Notes: a model not told the origin generated them from the sequence alone. 64,000 nt of DNA from Candidatus Levybacteria bacterium CG2_30_37_29 (GCA_001873215.1 MNYS01000008.1:66657-130656), one strand, 5' to 3'. Counted from the stretch's first letter, positions 1-12,667 are shown. Translations and numbers: made by a program.

Positions 1-255
1 GAAGACGTAAAACTCTTTAAAGGCCAGGGATGTGACTATTGCGGACACTCAGGATTTCTTGGTAGAGTTGGAATATATGAGGTATTAGTTGTTTCTGAAA
101 AAATCTCAAAATTGATACTCGAAAGATCAGACAGCAATACTCTTGAGAAGCAGGCAGTAGAAGAGGGAATGATAACTATGAAACAGGATGGATACCTAAA
201 AGTCTTGGAAGGGGTTTCAACGATTGATGAAATTCTAAGAGTAGCGCAAGCATAA
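1..255 (+). CDS. pilB: GspE/PilB family ATPase, C-terminal fragment (runs off window start)
   Basis: Frame +1 reads KGQGCDYCGHSGFLGRVGIYE...MKQDGYLKVLEGVSTIDEILRVAQA*, the typical PilB C-terminus; followed by pilT and pilC. Confidence 0.9.
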   Translation, partial: EDVKLFKGQGCDYCGHSGFLGRVGIYEVLVVSEKISKLILERSDSNTLEKQAVEEGMITMKQDGYLKVLEGVSTIDEILRVAQA

Positions 256-342
256 CTCTAGAAAATAGTGGATAGGGAATACTAAATAGGCTATAGTGAA
301 TAGTAGGTAGTAATTGTAAATATTTAATGGGGAATAGCTGAT

Positions 343-1410
343 ATGACTATACAAGAACTTTTTGAAAAATCGATTGAAAATAAAGCATCGGAGCTACATT
401 TGATATCGGGTAGCAGCCCAATAATTAGAATTGACGGAAGACTAAGTCCGCTGGCAACATTTCCAATTCTCACAAATTTAGACATTGAAAACCTTGTAAA
501 ACCTATCATGTCCGCAGCTCAACAACAGTTATTTTCTGCAAACAGAAGTATTGACTTTTCTTACGCTTATGGCGGAGGAGACTATGGAGAAAAAGGAAGA
601 TTTAGGATAAATTTATATTATCAAAGAAATACTGTTGCGGGCGCATTCCGTCTTCTTCCGCCAGCAATAAGAACCATTGAGGAGCTTTTGCTCCCAAGAA
701 TTTGTCATAAATTTTCAGGACTTAAGCAAGGATTTATTTTGGTAACAGGCCCAACGGGACATGGAAAATCAACTACGATTGCTTCAATAGTAAACGAAAT
801 AAATATGAACCAGGCTGCAAACATTATTACTATTGAGGATCCAATAGAATATATTTATGGTAAAGGTAAGAGTATTATTTCCCAACGAGAAATTGGATCT
901 GACACACACTCTTGGGATGAGTCATTAAGGAGCGCTTTGCGGCAAGATCCTGATGTTGTTGTAATTGGTGAAATGCGCGACTTTGAAAGTGTTTCATCGG
1001 CCATAACCATTGCCGAAACAGGGCATCTGGTCTTTTCAACTCTTCACACAAATTCTGCAGCACAAAGCGTTGACCGTATAATTGATGCTTTTCCGGAACA
1101 CCAACAAAACCAAGTTAGAACACAACTTTCAGAAACTCTTGAAGGAATTATTTCCCAAAGGCTTATTCCAAGACTTGATGGAGGGAGAGTAGTTGCAACC
1201 GAAATACTTCTTGGAACAAATGCAGTTAAATCAAATATTCGCGATGGCAAGACTCACATGCTTGACTCTATTATCGAAAATTCTCAAGACGCGGGAATGA
1301 TACCGCTTGAAGTTTCACTTGCAAATCTTGTAAAACAAGGACAGGTTGCTCTTGAAGTTGCACAACAATACGCGCTTAGGCAAGACTCCTTTATCCGGCT
1401 TATTGGTTAG
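343..1410 (+). CDS. pilT: Type IV pilus retraction ATPase PilT
   Basis: ASELHL, GPTGHGKST, TIEDPIE, ALRQDPDVVVIGEMRD, AETGHLVFSTLHT motifs. Confidence 0.95.
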   Translation: MTIQELFEKSIENKASELHLISGSSPIIRIDGRLSPLATFPILTNLDIENLVKPIMSAAQQQLFSANRSIDFSYAYGGGDYGEKGRFRINLYYQRNTVAGAFRLLPPAIRTIEELLLPRICHKFSGLKQGFILVTGPTGHGKSTTIASIVNEINMNQAANIITIEDPIEYIYGKGKSIISQREIGSDTHSWDESLRSALRQDPDVVVIGEMRDFESVSSAITIAETGHLVFSTLHTNSAAQSVDRIIDAFPEHQQNQVRTQLSETLEGIISQRLIPRLDGGRVVATEILLGTNAVKSNIRDGKTHMLDSIIENSQDAGMIPLEVSLANLVKQGQVALEVAQQYALRQDSFIRLIG

Positions 1411-1411
1411 T

Positions 1412-2614
1412 ATGGAATTTATATACCACGCCATTGACAAAGATGGTAAAAAACAAACAGGTAAAATTGAAGCAAACAATGAAAAGGAAGTTCTTGATTT
1501 CCTTCGAACAAGCCAATCAACACCCCTTAAAATCGCAAAATTTGAAAAATCAAACTCTCCTATTTTTTCCTACTTCACAAAAGTAAAAACCGGAGATATT
1601 GTTCTTTTTACACGACAACTTTCATCAATGACCATGACTGGCCTCACGCTTGTTGAATCCTTGAATATCTTAAGAGAACAAAACAACAAACCCAAAATGC
1701 AGGAGGTTATAGTCGATATAATTTCTTCAATATCTGACGGAAGTAGTTTTTCCAAAGCACTGGAAGCACACAAAGAAGTTTTTTCAGACGTTTATATAGC
1801 TCTTATAAAAGCCGCTGAAAGCGGAGGTCTTCTTGACAAGGTTTTATTAAGACTTGCCGATAACATGGAAAAGTCAGAAGATTTAAAAAAGACTATCCGT
1901 TCCGCGCTCTTTTATCCAATTATTATTGTTTCTGGTGTTTTTGGTGTTATTGTTATTATGAATATTTTTGTAATTCCACAACTTGGGCAATTATATGAAA
2001 ACCTTAATCTTCCTCTTCCGGCAACGACTAAAATTGTATTAGGTATTTCAAAACTCTTTACAACTTTCACGCCAATAATTTTAATTCTTATTGGACCGGC
2101 AATCTTCTTTATTAAAAGATTTACCAAAACAGACTTTGGAATAAAATTTACTAACAAGGTAAAAATAAAACTACCTGTTTTTGGGCAAATCTTTGTATTA
2201 TCAACTCTTGATGAGATAACCCGTACTCTTTCTCTTCTTATCACATCAGGTACATCGATTATTGAAGCTTTAAATATCGCCGCAAATGTTGCAAACAATT
2301 ATTACTACCGTCAAGCTGTAAAAAGCTCAGCGGCTCTCGTAGAAAAAGGGGTAACTATATCTGCGGCAATGCAATATCAAAATATTTTTCCTCCGCTTTT
2401 AGTACAAATGTTAAAAGTAGGAGAATCAACGGGAAAAATAGATGAAAGCCTTTTAAAAATGTCTGAATACTTTGAACGAGATTTAGATGCAAGAGTCAAG
2501 ATGCTGACAACATCAATAGAACCTATTCTTATTATTGTCTTGGGTGTATCCGTAGCTTTCCTTATTATATCTGTAATCACACCTATTTACAGCCTAATTT
2601 CACAAATTCAATAA
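1412..2614 (+). CDS. pilC: Type IV pilus platform protein PilC/GspF
   Basis: FTRQLS, ESGGLL, GESTGKID, IEP motifs; start moved to ATG 1412 directly after the pilT stop. Confidence 0.93.
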   Translation: MEFIYHAIDKDGKKQTGKIEANNEKEVLDFLRTSQSTPLKIAKFEKSNSPIFSYFTKVKTGDIVLFTRQLSSMTMTGLTLVESLNILREQNNKPKMQEVIVDIISSISDGSSFSKALEAHKEVFSDVYIALIKAAESGGLLDKVLLRLADNMEKSEDLKKTIRSALFYPIIIVSGVFGVIVIMNIFVIPQLGQLYENLNLPLPATTKIVLGISKLFTTFTPIILILIGPAIFFIKRFTKTDFGIKFTNKVKIKLPVFGQIFVLSTLDEITRTLSLLITSGTSIIEALNIAANVANNYYYRQAVKSSAALVEKGVTISAAMQYQNIFPPLLVQMLKVGESTGKIDESLLKMSEYFERDLDARVKMLTTSIEPILIIVLGVSVAFLIISVITPIYSLISQIQ

Positions 2615-2709
2615 CATCTTCTCTAGCTATAAAGCTAGAGTTCCCCTAAGGAAGATGTTTTCTTACTTCAATTCATCCCCGTTCTTAAAAGAACGGGGTT
2701 TTCTTGAAG
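2613..2709. repeat. Two nested hairpins; possible IS200/IS605-type end remnant, may act as terminator
   Basis: AACATCTTC..GAAGATGTT enclosing CTCTAGCT-ATAA-AGCTAGAG; CTTCAA..TTGAAG enclosing CCCCGTTCT-TAAA-AGAACGGGG followed by TTTT. Confidence 0.55.
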
Positions 2710-2766
2710 GGCGAATAGGATAACTAATACAAACACTATCATCTTGACGAATTAGGCTTTTTTGAC

Positions 2767-2796
2767 TTGCAAAATAATCTTTTTTTCTGCTACAAT
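2767..2796 (+). promoter_or_regulatory. sigma70-type promoter for gyrB
   Basis: TTGCAA-18-TACAAT with extended TG, 12 nt before ATG. Confidence 0.55.
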
Positions 2797-2802
2797 GGAT
2801 AG

Positions 2803-4758
<1,956 letters not shown>

Positions 4759-4779
4759 TTAGCCAATTTAGATATTTAA
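4759..4779 (+). repeat. Recoded duplicate of the gyrB 3' end (LANLDI*)
   Basis: TTAGCCAATTTAGATATTTAA directly follows TTAGCCAATCTTGATATATAA. Confidence 0.8.
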
Positions 4780-4780
4780 T

Positions 4781-5266
4781 ATGGAATCGAGAGAACAATT
4801 ACAACAAAACGAGGGATGGTATTCGATAGTACCGACTGAAGAAATTCCTGAAGGCATAAACACGTGGGCGGTTGATGTTCTAGATGTCGGAAAGTTAACC
4901 GTAATTCTAGAAGATAAACCTGGAGGAGGATATGATAATAAAGCATTTGTTCTGAGCGGGGATGTACCTGGACTTGCAATTAATGGAGCTGAGTTGCATC
5001 GACAAGGTTTCAAAATATTAAAGGTTTCATTGGAGCCCTTCGGTTATAGATCTCAACAAGATACTGAAATTCGGTTGAGAGAATCGAGTTCCTGTTTTAG
5101 AAGCACCCTTTATAGCACAAATGGGGATAAACAGTTAAAACCACAGTACTGGTTTAATGCAAATGATAATGCTGAAAAACCCGACATGAGAGATATTATG
5201 GTAAGGCCTGAAAGAGACCAGCTAGAACAAATTCAGATTAGATTTCCTGAAGGAGGTGACGATTAA
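4781..5266 (+). CDS. Hypothetical protein
   Basis: 161 aa ORF filling the gap between gyrB and ppa; no recognised motif. Confidence 0.75.
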   Translation: MESREQLQQNEGWYSIVPTEEIPEGINTWAVDVLDVGKLTVILEDKPGGGYDNKAFVLSGDVPGLAINGAELHRQGFKILKVSLEPFGYRSQQDTEIRLRESSSCFRSTLYSTNGDKQLKPQYWFNANDNAEKPDMRDIMVRPERDQLEQIQIRFPEGGDD

Positions 5267-5269
5267 TTT

Positions 5270-5776
5270 ATGAAGTTAACAGCAGGGAAAAATGCACCAG
5301 AAGTTGTAAACGTCTTTATAGAGATTCCGAAAGGAACAAGTGTTAAGTATGAGCTTGATAAAGAAAGCGGAGTATTGTTTGTGGACAGATTTTCATCTAC
5401 AGCAATGTTCTATCCGGCAAATTACGGTTATGTTCCAGCAACATTAAGCGAAGACGGGGATCCTGTCGACGTATTAGTTCTGTCCGAACAAGCAGTTGTT
5501 CCCGGAGTTGTAATTCCGTCAAAACCTATCGGAATGCTTGAAATGGAAGATGAATCAGGAATTGATGCAAAAATAATTGCGGTTCCGGCAGTAACAGGCG
5601 ATGCATATTCAATATTTAACGATTTACCCGATGTTCCGGAAATTCTAAAAGCGCAAATTAGGCACTTTTTTGAAAATTATAAATCAATTGACAAAGGTAA
5701 GTGGGTAAAACTAAAAGACTGGAAAGGTCGAGAAACAGCAATTGAAGAAATCAGGAAAGGAATGGGTAAGAAGTAA
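5270..5776 (+). CDS. ppa: Inorganic pyrophosphatase (family I)
   Basis: EIPKG..KYE, YPANYGYVP, DGDPVDVLV, HFFENYK. Confidence 0.95.
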   Translation: MKLTAGKNAPEVVNVFIEIPKGTSVKYELDKESGVLFVDRFSSTAMFYPANYGYVPATLSEDGDPVDVLVLSEQAVVPGVVIPSKPIGMLEMEDESGIDAKIIAVPAVTGDAYSIFNDLPDVPEILKAQIRHFFENYKSIDKGKWVKLKDWKGRETAIEEIRKGMGKK

Positions 5777-5875
5777 TTTTTAATTTTCAGTTTTCAATTT
5801 ACAATAAATTTTCAATTTAAAATTGATTATTTAACAATTCAATGAAAATTGTAAATTAGAAATTGTAAATTTTAT
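5777..5875. repeat. Degenerate 7-mer repeat hairpin
   Basis: TTTTCAA/TTTACAA units followed by complementary AAATTGT/AAATTAG units. Confidence 0.7.
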
Positions 5876-5879
5876 TAAT

Positions 5880-8426
5880 ATGAGTGAAATTGGAAAATTA
5901 GAACAGATTGATATAACAAATCAGGCGAAAAAAGCGTATCTTGACTACGCAATGAGCGTTATTGTTTCACGTGCACTGCCGGATGTAAGAGACGGACTAA
6001 AACCGGTACATCGAAGAATTCTTTTTGCAATGCATGAGATGGGTTTGAATCCCGCCGCAAAATATGCAAAGAGCGCAAAAATTGTCGGAGAAACAATGGG
6101 TAAATACCATCCGCACGGAGACATGGCAATTTATGATTCTCTTGTCCGCCTTGCGCAGGATTTTTCAATGCGATATCCATTGGTTGATGGTCAAGGAAAC
6201 TTTGGTTCTATGGATGGCGACTCCGCCGCCGCAATGCGTTATACGGAAGCAAAACTTACTCACCTTGCTGTAGAGATGCTTTTTGATATTGAAAAAGATA
6301 CCGTTGAATACATTCCCAATTTTGACGGAACTCTAAAAGAACCTGTTTATCTCCCATCAAAACTTCCGAATTTGCTTCTTATGGGAAGCGAAGGAATTGC
6401 AGTTGGCATGGCAACAAAAATTCCACCGCATAATCTGGGTGAAATAATTGACGCTGTAATTTTTACTATCAGCAATACAACTCACCAAAAAATTGAAGGG
6501 GCGCGTGTTCAAAAAGACGCCACCCAAATGACAGATGAAGAAATTCAACATTTAAAACCTTCTTTCTCGCTAACATCAGACGTTACGGTAGATCAGCTTT
6601 TGGAATTTGTTAAGGGACCCGATTTCCCTACTGGTGGTGCGATATTTGACATAAATGAAATTAAAAATGTTTATAGAACGGGTCGCGGGAAAATTCTAAT
6701 TCGTGGAATTGCTGAAATTGAAGATATAGGTCAGGGCAAAAACGCAATTATAATCCGGGAACTCCCTTATCAAGTAAATAAATCTGTGCTTGTTGCGCGA
6801 ATTGCAGAACTTGCAAAAGATAAAAAACTTGAAGGACTATCAGACCTTCGAGACGAATCGGACAGACAGGGAATTCGCGTTGTCATAGAGTTAAAACGTG
6901 ATGTTTCTCCGAGAAAAATTTTGAATAATTTGTTTAAGCTGACTTCCTTGCAAACGTCTTTCCCCGCAAACATAGTTGCCTTGGTTGACGGAGTGCCGAG
7001 AACCTTAAATCTTAAAGTTATGCTTGATGAATATATTTATCATCGCTTTACCGTCATTACACGCAGAAGTGAATTTGAGCTCAAACAAGCAAAAGCAAGA
7101 CTTCATATATTAGATGGGCTTATTATCGCGGTCAACAATATAGACGAAATTGTTGAAATTATTAAAAAGTCAAAAAATGTTGATGAGGCAAGGACAAAAC
7201 TTATCACAAGATTTAAGCTCTCAGAAATTCAGGCTAATGCAATTCTTGACATGCAGCTGAGACGTCTTACGGGTCTTGAGAGGGAAAAATTGGAGGATGA
7301 ATGGAAAATGACCAAAGAGTTAATAGATTATATTGAAGAACTTCTAACAAATCCTAAAAAAATGCTTCAGGTAGTCGGTGACGAATTGAAAAAAATAAAA
7401 GAGAAATACGCTGATGCAAGACGAACCCGCGTTTACAAATCAAAGGTTGACGAATTTTCAGAAGAAGATCTTATTCAAAACGAACCGACTGTTATTACTA
7501 TTACGCAAACCGGATATATCAAACGCCAAAGCATGGCAAGCTTTAAAACCCAAGCTCGCGGCGGCAAAGGAGTACGCGGCATGACAACAAAAGAAGAAGA
7601 CGCGATAGACCATATACTTTACGCGCAAACTCACGATTTTATACTTTTTTTCACAAACCTTGGAAAAGTATACCAAACAAGGGTTTATGAAATGGCCGAA
7701 GCTTCCCGCGTTTCAAAAGGACAAGCGATTGTAAATTTGCTCGACATAACTCAAGGCGAAAAAATCCAAAGCATTTTGACATACAATCCAAAAGAAAAAG
7801 CCGCAAACACGTATATTTTTCTGGCAACCAAAAAAGGGGTGATTAAGAAAACAAAAATTGACGATTTCAAAAATATAAGACGGGGTGGAATAATTGCAAT
7901 AAAGATTGATAAAGACGATGCGCTTGAATGGGCAAAACTTTCAAGCGGGGAAGATGATATCCTTCTTATTACCAAAAACGGAAAAATAATTTGCTTTAAT
8001 GAAAAACAAGTTCGTTCTACGGGAAGATCAAGTCAAGGAGTCCGCGGAATAAAACTTATCGGAGATGATGTAGTAGTTGGTCTAGATCTTATTTCAGGAG
8101 GAGGTAAAACAGCCGAACTTTTGGTAATTGCAGAAAATGGTCTTGGCAAAAGAACTAAAGTTTCAGAAGTAAGAAATCAAAAACGAGGAGGGCAGGGAGT
8201 CCGCGTCGCACACATTTCTGAAAAAACAGGAAAGCTTGTATTCTCAAATGTTTTGGAAAAAGAAAACCGAGAAGTAATAATAACATCCAAAAAAGGGCAG
8301 GTTGTAAAAATTCCTCTTTCTTCAACACCGCTTTTATCGCGCAATGCGCAAGGCGTAATCTTGATGAGATTTTCTGACAAGTCGGATAAAGTCGCATCCG
8401 CAACAACACTCGGTGGACAAGAATAG
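5880..8426 (+). CDS. gyrA: DNA gyrase subunit A
   Basis: [25 protein letters not shown], GyrA box QARGGKG. Confidence 0.97.
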   Translation: MSEIGKLEQIDITNQAKKAYLDYAMSVIVSRALPDVRDGLKPVHRRILFAMHEMGLNPAAKYAKSAKIVGETMGKYHPHGDMAIYDSLVRLAQDFSMRYPLVDGQGNFGSMDGDSAAAMRYTEAKLTHLAVEMLFDIEKDTVEYIPNFDGTLKEPVYLPSKLPNLLLMGSEGIAVGMATKIPPHNLGEIIDAVIFTISNTTHQKIEGARVQKDATQMTDEEIQHLKPSFSLTSDVTVDQLLEFVKGPDFPTGGAIFDINEIKNVYRTGRGKILIRGIAEIEDIGQGKNAIIIRELPYQVNKSVLVARIAELAKDKKLEGLSDLRDESDRQGIRVVIELKRDVSPRKILNNLFKLTSLQTSFPANIVALVDGVPRTLNLKVMLDEYIYHRFTVITRRSEFELKQAKARLHILDGLIIAVNNIDEIVEIIKKSKNVDEARTKLITRFKLSEIQANAILDMQLRRLTGLEREKLEDEWKMTKELIDYIEELLTNPKKMLQVVGDELKKIKEKYADARRTRVYKSKVDEFSEEDLIQNEPTVITITQTGYIKRQSMASFKTQARGGKGVRGMTTKEEDAIDHILYAQTHDFILFFTNLGKVYQTRVYEMAEASRVSKGQAIVNLLDITQGEKIQSILTYNPKEKAANTYIFLATKKGVIKKTKIDDFKNIRRGGIIAIKIDKDDALEWAKLSSGEDDILLITKNGKIICFNEKQVRSTGRSSQGVRGIKLIGDDVVVGLDLISGGGKTAELLVIAENGLGKRTKVSEVRNQKRGGQGVRVAHISEKTGKLVFSNVLEKENREVIITSKKGQVVKIPLSSTPLLSRNAQGVILMRFSDKSDKVASATTLGGQE

Positions 8427-8474
8427 CACCTTTCTAAACATCTTCAAATCTTTCATTTTGATATAATTAGCTCC

Positions 8475-9314
8475 ATGGTTATAAGCGGAAGAGAATTGGC
8501 AAAACCTATCATTGCAAAAATAAAAGAAGACGTAGAAAAACTTGCTAACAAAAAAGTCTTTCCAAAAATTGCAATTATAACTCTTGGATCCGAAGAATCT
8601 TGGGCAACTTATGTAGGACAGAAACTAAAACTGGCAGACACGCTTGGCATCAAAACGGAACTAATAAATTTATCTGTTGACGAACCAGAAAAGTTACTAC
8701 TAAAAACTATTCGTCGATTAAACAATGACAGTACGATACACGGAATAATTGTCCAACGCCCAATGCCAAAAAATATAAACTCTAAAAATGTAATTTCGGG
8801 AATTTTAAAAGAGAAGGATATTGATGGGTTTAGATATGATTCTTTATATAAAGTACCTGTTTGGCTGGCTGTGATAGATATTATCACTCATGCACTTCAG
8901 GTGACAACACGCACAAAGTTACAAGTTAGCCTGTTAAATCAATCTATTTTGATACTTGGCAAAGGCGAAACAGCAGGCATGCCGGTTATTCGTGAGCTAC
9001 TCTCACTTGGCCTTGATCCAATTGTAGTTGACAGCAAAACAAAAAATAAAAATGACTTATTAAAAAAGGCGGACATTATTGTAACAGCTGTTGGTAAAAA
9101 ACTTGTTAAAAAAGAAGTCCTCAAGCCCGGAGTTATACTAATCGGCATAGGGATTTACAGAAATGATAAAGGAAAACTTGTAGGCGATTATGATGAAGAT
9201 GAAATCCAAAATGTTGCCTCGTACTATACGCCAACTCCCGGCGGAGTAGGACCGCTTAACCTTGCGTACTTATTCAGCAATTTGATTGAAGCTGCAAAAA
9301 AGCAAGCCTCTTAA
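8475..9314 (+). CDS. folD: Bifunctional methylene-THF dehydrogenase/cyclohydrolase
   Basis: IHGIIVQRP, KDIDG, ADIIVTAVG, TPTPGGVGP. Confidence 0.9.
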   Translation: MVISGRELAKPIIAKIKEDVEKLANKKVFPKIAIITLGSEESWATYVGQKLKLADTLGIKTELINLSVDEPEKLLLKTIRRLNNDSTIHGIIVQRPMPKNINSKNVISGILKEKDIDGFRYDSLYKVPVWLAVIDIITHALQVTTRTKLQVSLLNQSILILGKGETAGMPVIRELLSLGLDPIVVDSKTKNKNDLLKKADIIVTAVGKKLVKKEVLKPGVILIGIGIYRNDKGKLVGDYDEDEIQNVASYYTPTPGGVGPLNLAYLFSNLIEAAKKQAS

Positions 9315-10222
9315 AACTCCAGAAGCTCTGATAACTTAACAAACTCAAATCCTTTATTCTTTAATTGTTCAATAATTTCAAAAAGTGTATCAGCGGTCCT
9401 AGGAGCATTTGGCGCACCGTTCATATGCAAAACAATAATAGAACCGTTTGTCGTTTTATCAATCACATTTCGCTTTATGCTTTCTGCATTGTAATTAAAT
9501 CCATCTCCGCCTACGACATCCCAAGCTACAACAACAAGACCTTCGCTTTCCGCAACATTAACATCTTTTTGAGAATAGCATCCACCTGGAAAGCGGAAGA
9601 AAATTCCCTCAACGCCCGCAACAGATTTTAATAATTTCTGCGTAAGCCTTATTTCTTTTCTTGCTCCATCTTTTGCAATTTGTGAAAGTCCGTAGCAATA
9701 ACCATAAAATGCAGGATGAGAATATGAATGATTTGCTAATTCAAAAAGAGGATTTTTTGCAAGAATTTTTGCGTCTTCAGGATAATTTTCTATCCACAAA
9801 CCAGTTAGAAATAATGTTGCTTGTGTATTTGTTTTCTGCAAAATATAGGTAATCCTTCTGTCGTAAGCTCCTTTTGATACTCTCGAAATAATATTTTGCC
9901 GCATTGAATAAGTCATATCGGCATCAAAAGTTAGAGCTATTTTTTTTGTCTTCCTGCTTCCGCTAAAAACAACAGGAACAAGATTTGAGTCTCCTGTTTT
10001 TTTCAAAATTTTCCAGAGCCGGCGGTTAAAAATTCCTCCTCCTCTTGAATATTCATCAAAAGTAAAAATTGTAGAATTATTTTTTTGTGCACTATATTTG
10101 TTAATAAATTGCACCACAAGGAATCCAAAAATTACAATTGCAAGTAAAAAATATACATGCCGGAAAGTTTCTTTTTTGGAAACCAATAATTTCCTGTGGA
10201 TTGTTTTTTTCTTTTTTTTCAC
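9311..10222 (-). CDS. Membrane-anchored polysaccharide deacetylase (CE4/NodB)
   Basis: IALTFDA, ANHSYSH, FRFPGG, GSIIVLH; N-terminal TM helix. Confidence 0.88.
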   Translation of the reverse strand: MKKKKKTIHRKLLVSKKETFRHVYFLLAIVIFGFLVVQFINKYSAQKNNSTIFTFDEYSRGGGIFNRRLWKILKKTGDSNLVPVVFSGSRKTKKIALTFDADMTYSMRQNIISRVSKGAYDRRITYILQKTNTQATLFLTGLWIENYPEDAKILAKNPLFELANHSYSHPAFYGYCYGLSQIAKDGARKEIRLTQKLLKSVAGVEGIFFRFPGGCYSQKDVNVAESEGLVVVAWDVVGGDGFNYNAESIKRNVIDKTTNGSIIVLHMNGAPNAPRTADTLFEIIEQLKNKGFEFVKLSELLEF

Positions 10223-10271
10223 GGTTATAGACGGTTATAGAATTGTAAAGATAAAATTTATAAAAAGCAAT

Positions 10272-11420
10272 TTACCGGAGTGTGTTAAAAATGTCAGAAT
10301 TATTTCCCTCGTATCCAAGCGCCCAAAAAGCAACTCCTCCCAACTTTGTTTCTTTTACAAAATTGATTTTTTCGCCAATAGATTTTTTGTCTTCATAATA
10401 AACTTGCTTTAATACATTATTCTCTTTATAAGAAAACCATGGAGAACGTGCCTTTTCATCCCACGATGAAGAAATTGAAGCATTTTCAGAGAGAAGCTTT
10501 AATATTCGTTTGTACGTTGCAACTGCGCCTTTTTTTCCAACCACAGAACTTTTAGGACGAGCGTCCAGAGTTTCCCATTCATATCCGTAAAGCGGAATTC
10601 CAAGAACTAGTTTTTCAAAAGGAACTTTGTTGACAAAATATTCAACAGATTCCCGAATAGTATGATCATTTACCTCACCATCAATTGGTGCAGCAGGACC
10701 GGCCCAAACTGATTTCGCAGTCCGGTAGTCATATCCCATGAGAATAATAAAATCGAACACATCACCTAACGTCCGAACATCATAAAAATCTTTTTTTTCT
10801 GTTATCCTGCCGGAAACATCAAACGAAAGAGAAAATGACGGATAATAAATTCTAAGCCTGCTGTTTACTTTTTTAAAAAAATCCGATAGAGCAGATGACG
10901 AAGGAATGCTAGTGCCTTGTTGATACTCAAAATCAAAATTTATTCCGTCAAGTTCGTTTTCCTTAATAAGACTTTCTGTTTGATAAATAAAATTTTCAGT
11001 AGCAGATGTGTTTTGTATCAAGTAATTAATAGAAGCATTATCAAAATTTGTAAGAGCAAGAATAATTTTTGTTCCGGATTTTTGAGCATCATTTTTTATG
11101 GAAGAGAACTTTTTTGAATTAAACATTTGCCATTCGGGTCCTCTTTTTAAAATATCTCCATTTTTATCAACAGCAAGTCCAAAGTAAATAATTTTAGTAA
11201 AATTTTGGGGTAAAACTTCGTAATCACCCGAAAGATTCCAATATGGCAAAAAGCCAATAATTTCATTTACTTTATTTTCTTTGGGGATTGGAGAAGCTTT
11301 TTGCACTTCGTCTTTAGAAATATTTTGTATAGCATCATTTTTAAAACTTAAAAAAATAAAAATAGCTATAGAGAGACCGGCACAAAATAGAAAAATAAAA
11401 ATAACTGAAATTCTTTTCAT
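10272..11420 (-). CDS. Glycoside hydrolase family 18 protein
   Basis: DGINFDFE catalytic motif, MGYDY, LGIPLYG, GGVAFWALG; N-terminal anchor. Confidence 0.9.
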   Translation of the reverse strand: MKRISVIFIFLFCAGLSIAIFIFLSFKNDAIQNISKDEVQKASPIPKENKVNEIIGFLPYWNLSGDYEVLPQNFTKIIYFGLAVDKNGDILKRGPEWQMFNSKKFSSIKNDAQKSGTKIILALTNFDNASINYLIQNTSATENFIYQTESLIKENELDGINFDFEYQQGTSIPSSSALSDFFKKVNSRLRIYYPSFSLSFDVSGRITEKKDFYDVRTLGDVFDFIILMGYDYRTAKSVWAGPAAPIDGEVNDHTIRESVEYFVNKVPFEKLVLGIPLYGYEWETLDARPKSSVVGKKGAVATYKRILKLLSENASISSSWDEKARSPWFSYKENNVLKQVYYEDKKSIGEKINFVKETKLGGVAFWALGYEGNNSDIFNTLR

Positions 11421-11501
11421 CTTTTAATTATACCAAAGCAACACTATTATAAGCTTGACTCGGACAAAACACACAAGTACAATTAGAACATTCGTTATTT
11501 T

Positions 11502-12539
11502 ATGAAATACAAAATTACAGTAGGAATTGTTTTTTTTATTCTTGTTGTTATTCTCCTTCTAATTTTTATACCAAAAACTAAATATCCTAAAAAAAATTCG
11601 CAAGAACCGCAAGTTTTGGAAGAAGTAACAGAAATAAATCCATTGATGATTTCTGCAATGCGAAAGAAAAATTACCCCGGAAGTCAAATTCAAATTGAGG
11701 AAACTCTTGCTTCCGGAAGCAACTATAAACAATACATCGCTTCTTATCTCTCTGAAGGATTAAAAATCTACGGACTTCTTACCATACCAGACAGTGACAA
11801 ACCGAAAGAAGGTTTTCCTGCAATTATTTTTAATCACGGATATATTCCTCCGGAAGAGTACAGAACAACCGAAAGATACGTTGCGTACGTTGACGGTTTT
11901 GCAAGAAACGGATACGTTGTTTTTAAACCTGATTACCGAGGACACGGAAACTCCGAAGGAAAACCGGAAGGTGCGTATTATTCTCCGGCGTATACAACAG
12001 ATGTACTAAATGCATTGTCTTCTGTAAAAAAACTTAAAGAAGTAAATCCTCAAAAAATAGGCATGTGGGGCCATTCACTTGGTGGCAACATTACCATGCG
12101 TATAATGGTTATAGACCGTGACATAAAAGCCGGGGTTATTTGGTCAGGGGTTGTAGGAACATATGACGATATGCTGACACGATGGGTACGCGCTGTTCCG
12201 TTCAGGCCTTCAACAAGCGAGGCGCAAGCGCACGTTACAAGCATAAGAAAGCAGCTTGTGGAAAAATACGGAAATCCTTCTCAAAACTCTCCGTTCTGGA
12301 AATCAATTGACCCTCATTATTTTTTAAACGATATCTCCGGTCCGATAGAACTCCATCACGGTTTAGCGGATGAAGAAGTACCTTTGTCATTTTCCAAAAG
12401 CTTTTATGATGATTTAAAGAAAGCTGGAAAAACTGTCGAGCTTTATACTTATGAAGGGGCAGACCACAATTTATCTCAAGGATTTAGTCTTGCCATGCAA
12501 CGTTCGGTGGAATTTTTTGAAAAGTATTTAAAAAAATAA
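11502..12539 (+). CDS. Membrane-anchored alpha/beta hydrolase (S9-like)
   Basis: HGY, PDYRGHG, GHSLGG nucleophile elbow, HHGLAD, GADH. Confidence 0.9.
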   Translation: MKYKITVGIVFFILVVILLLIFIPKTKYPKKNSQEPQVLEEVTEINPLMISAMRKKNYPGSQIQIEETLASGSNYKQYIASYLSEGLKIYGLLTIPDSDKPKEGFPAIIFNHGYIPPEEYRTTERYVAYVDGFARNGYVVFKPDYRGHGNSEGKPEGAYYSPAYTTDVLNALSSVKKLKEVNPQKIGMWGHSLGGNITMRIMVIDRDIKAGVIWSGVVGTYDDMLTRWVRAVPFRPSTSEAQAHVTSIRKQLVEKYGNPSQNSPFWKSIDPHYFLNDISGPIELHHGLADEEVPLSFSKSFYDDLKKAGKTVELYTYEGADHNLSQGFSLAMQRSVEFFEKYLKK

Positions 12540-12667
12540 TCTTTATTTAAGCCTTATCCCGTTTATCAAATAGCTTCCAGCTTCGCCAGCCGGGCACAAC
12601 TTGTAAGGTAGCCTGAATTAGCAATCCCTTCTTCACATTCAGCATGCCATAGGTTATAATCCTTTCC

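Noticed and set aside
12545-12650. GC-richer intergenic stretch, possible gene remnant or RNA
   Set aside because: No convincing stem or recognisable peptide in any frame
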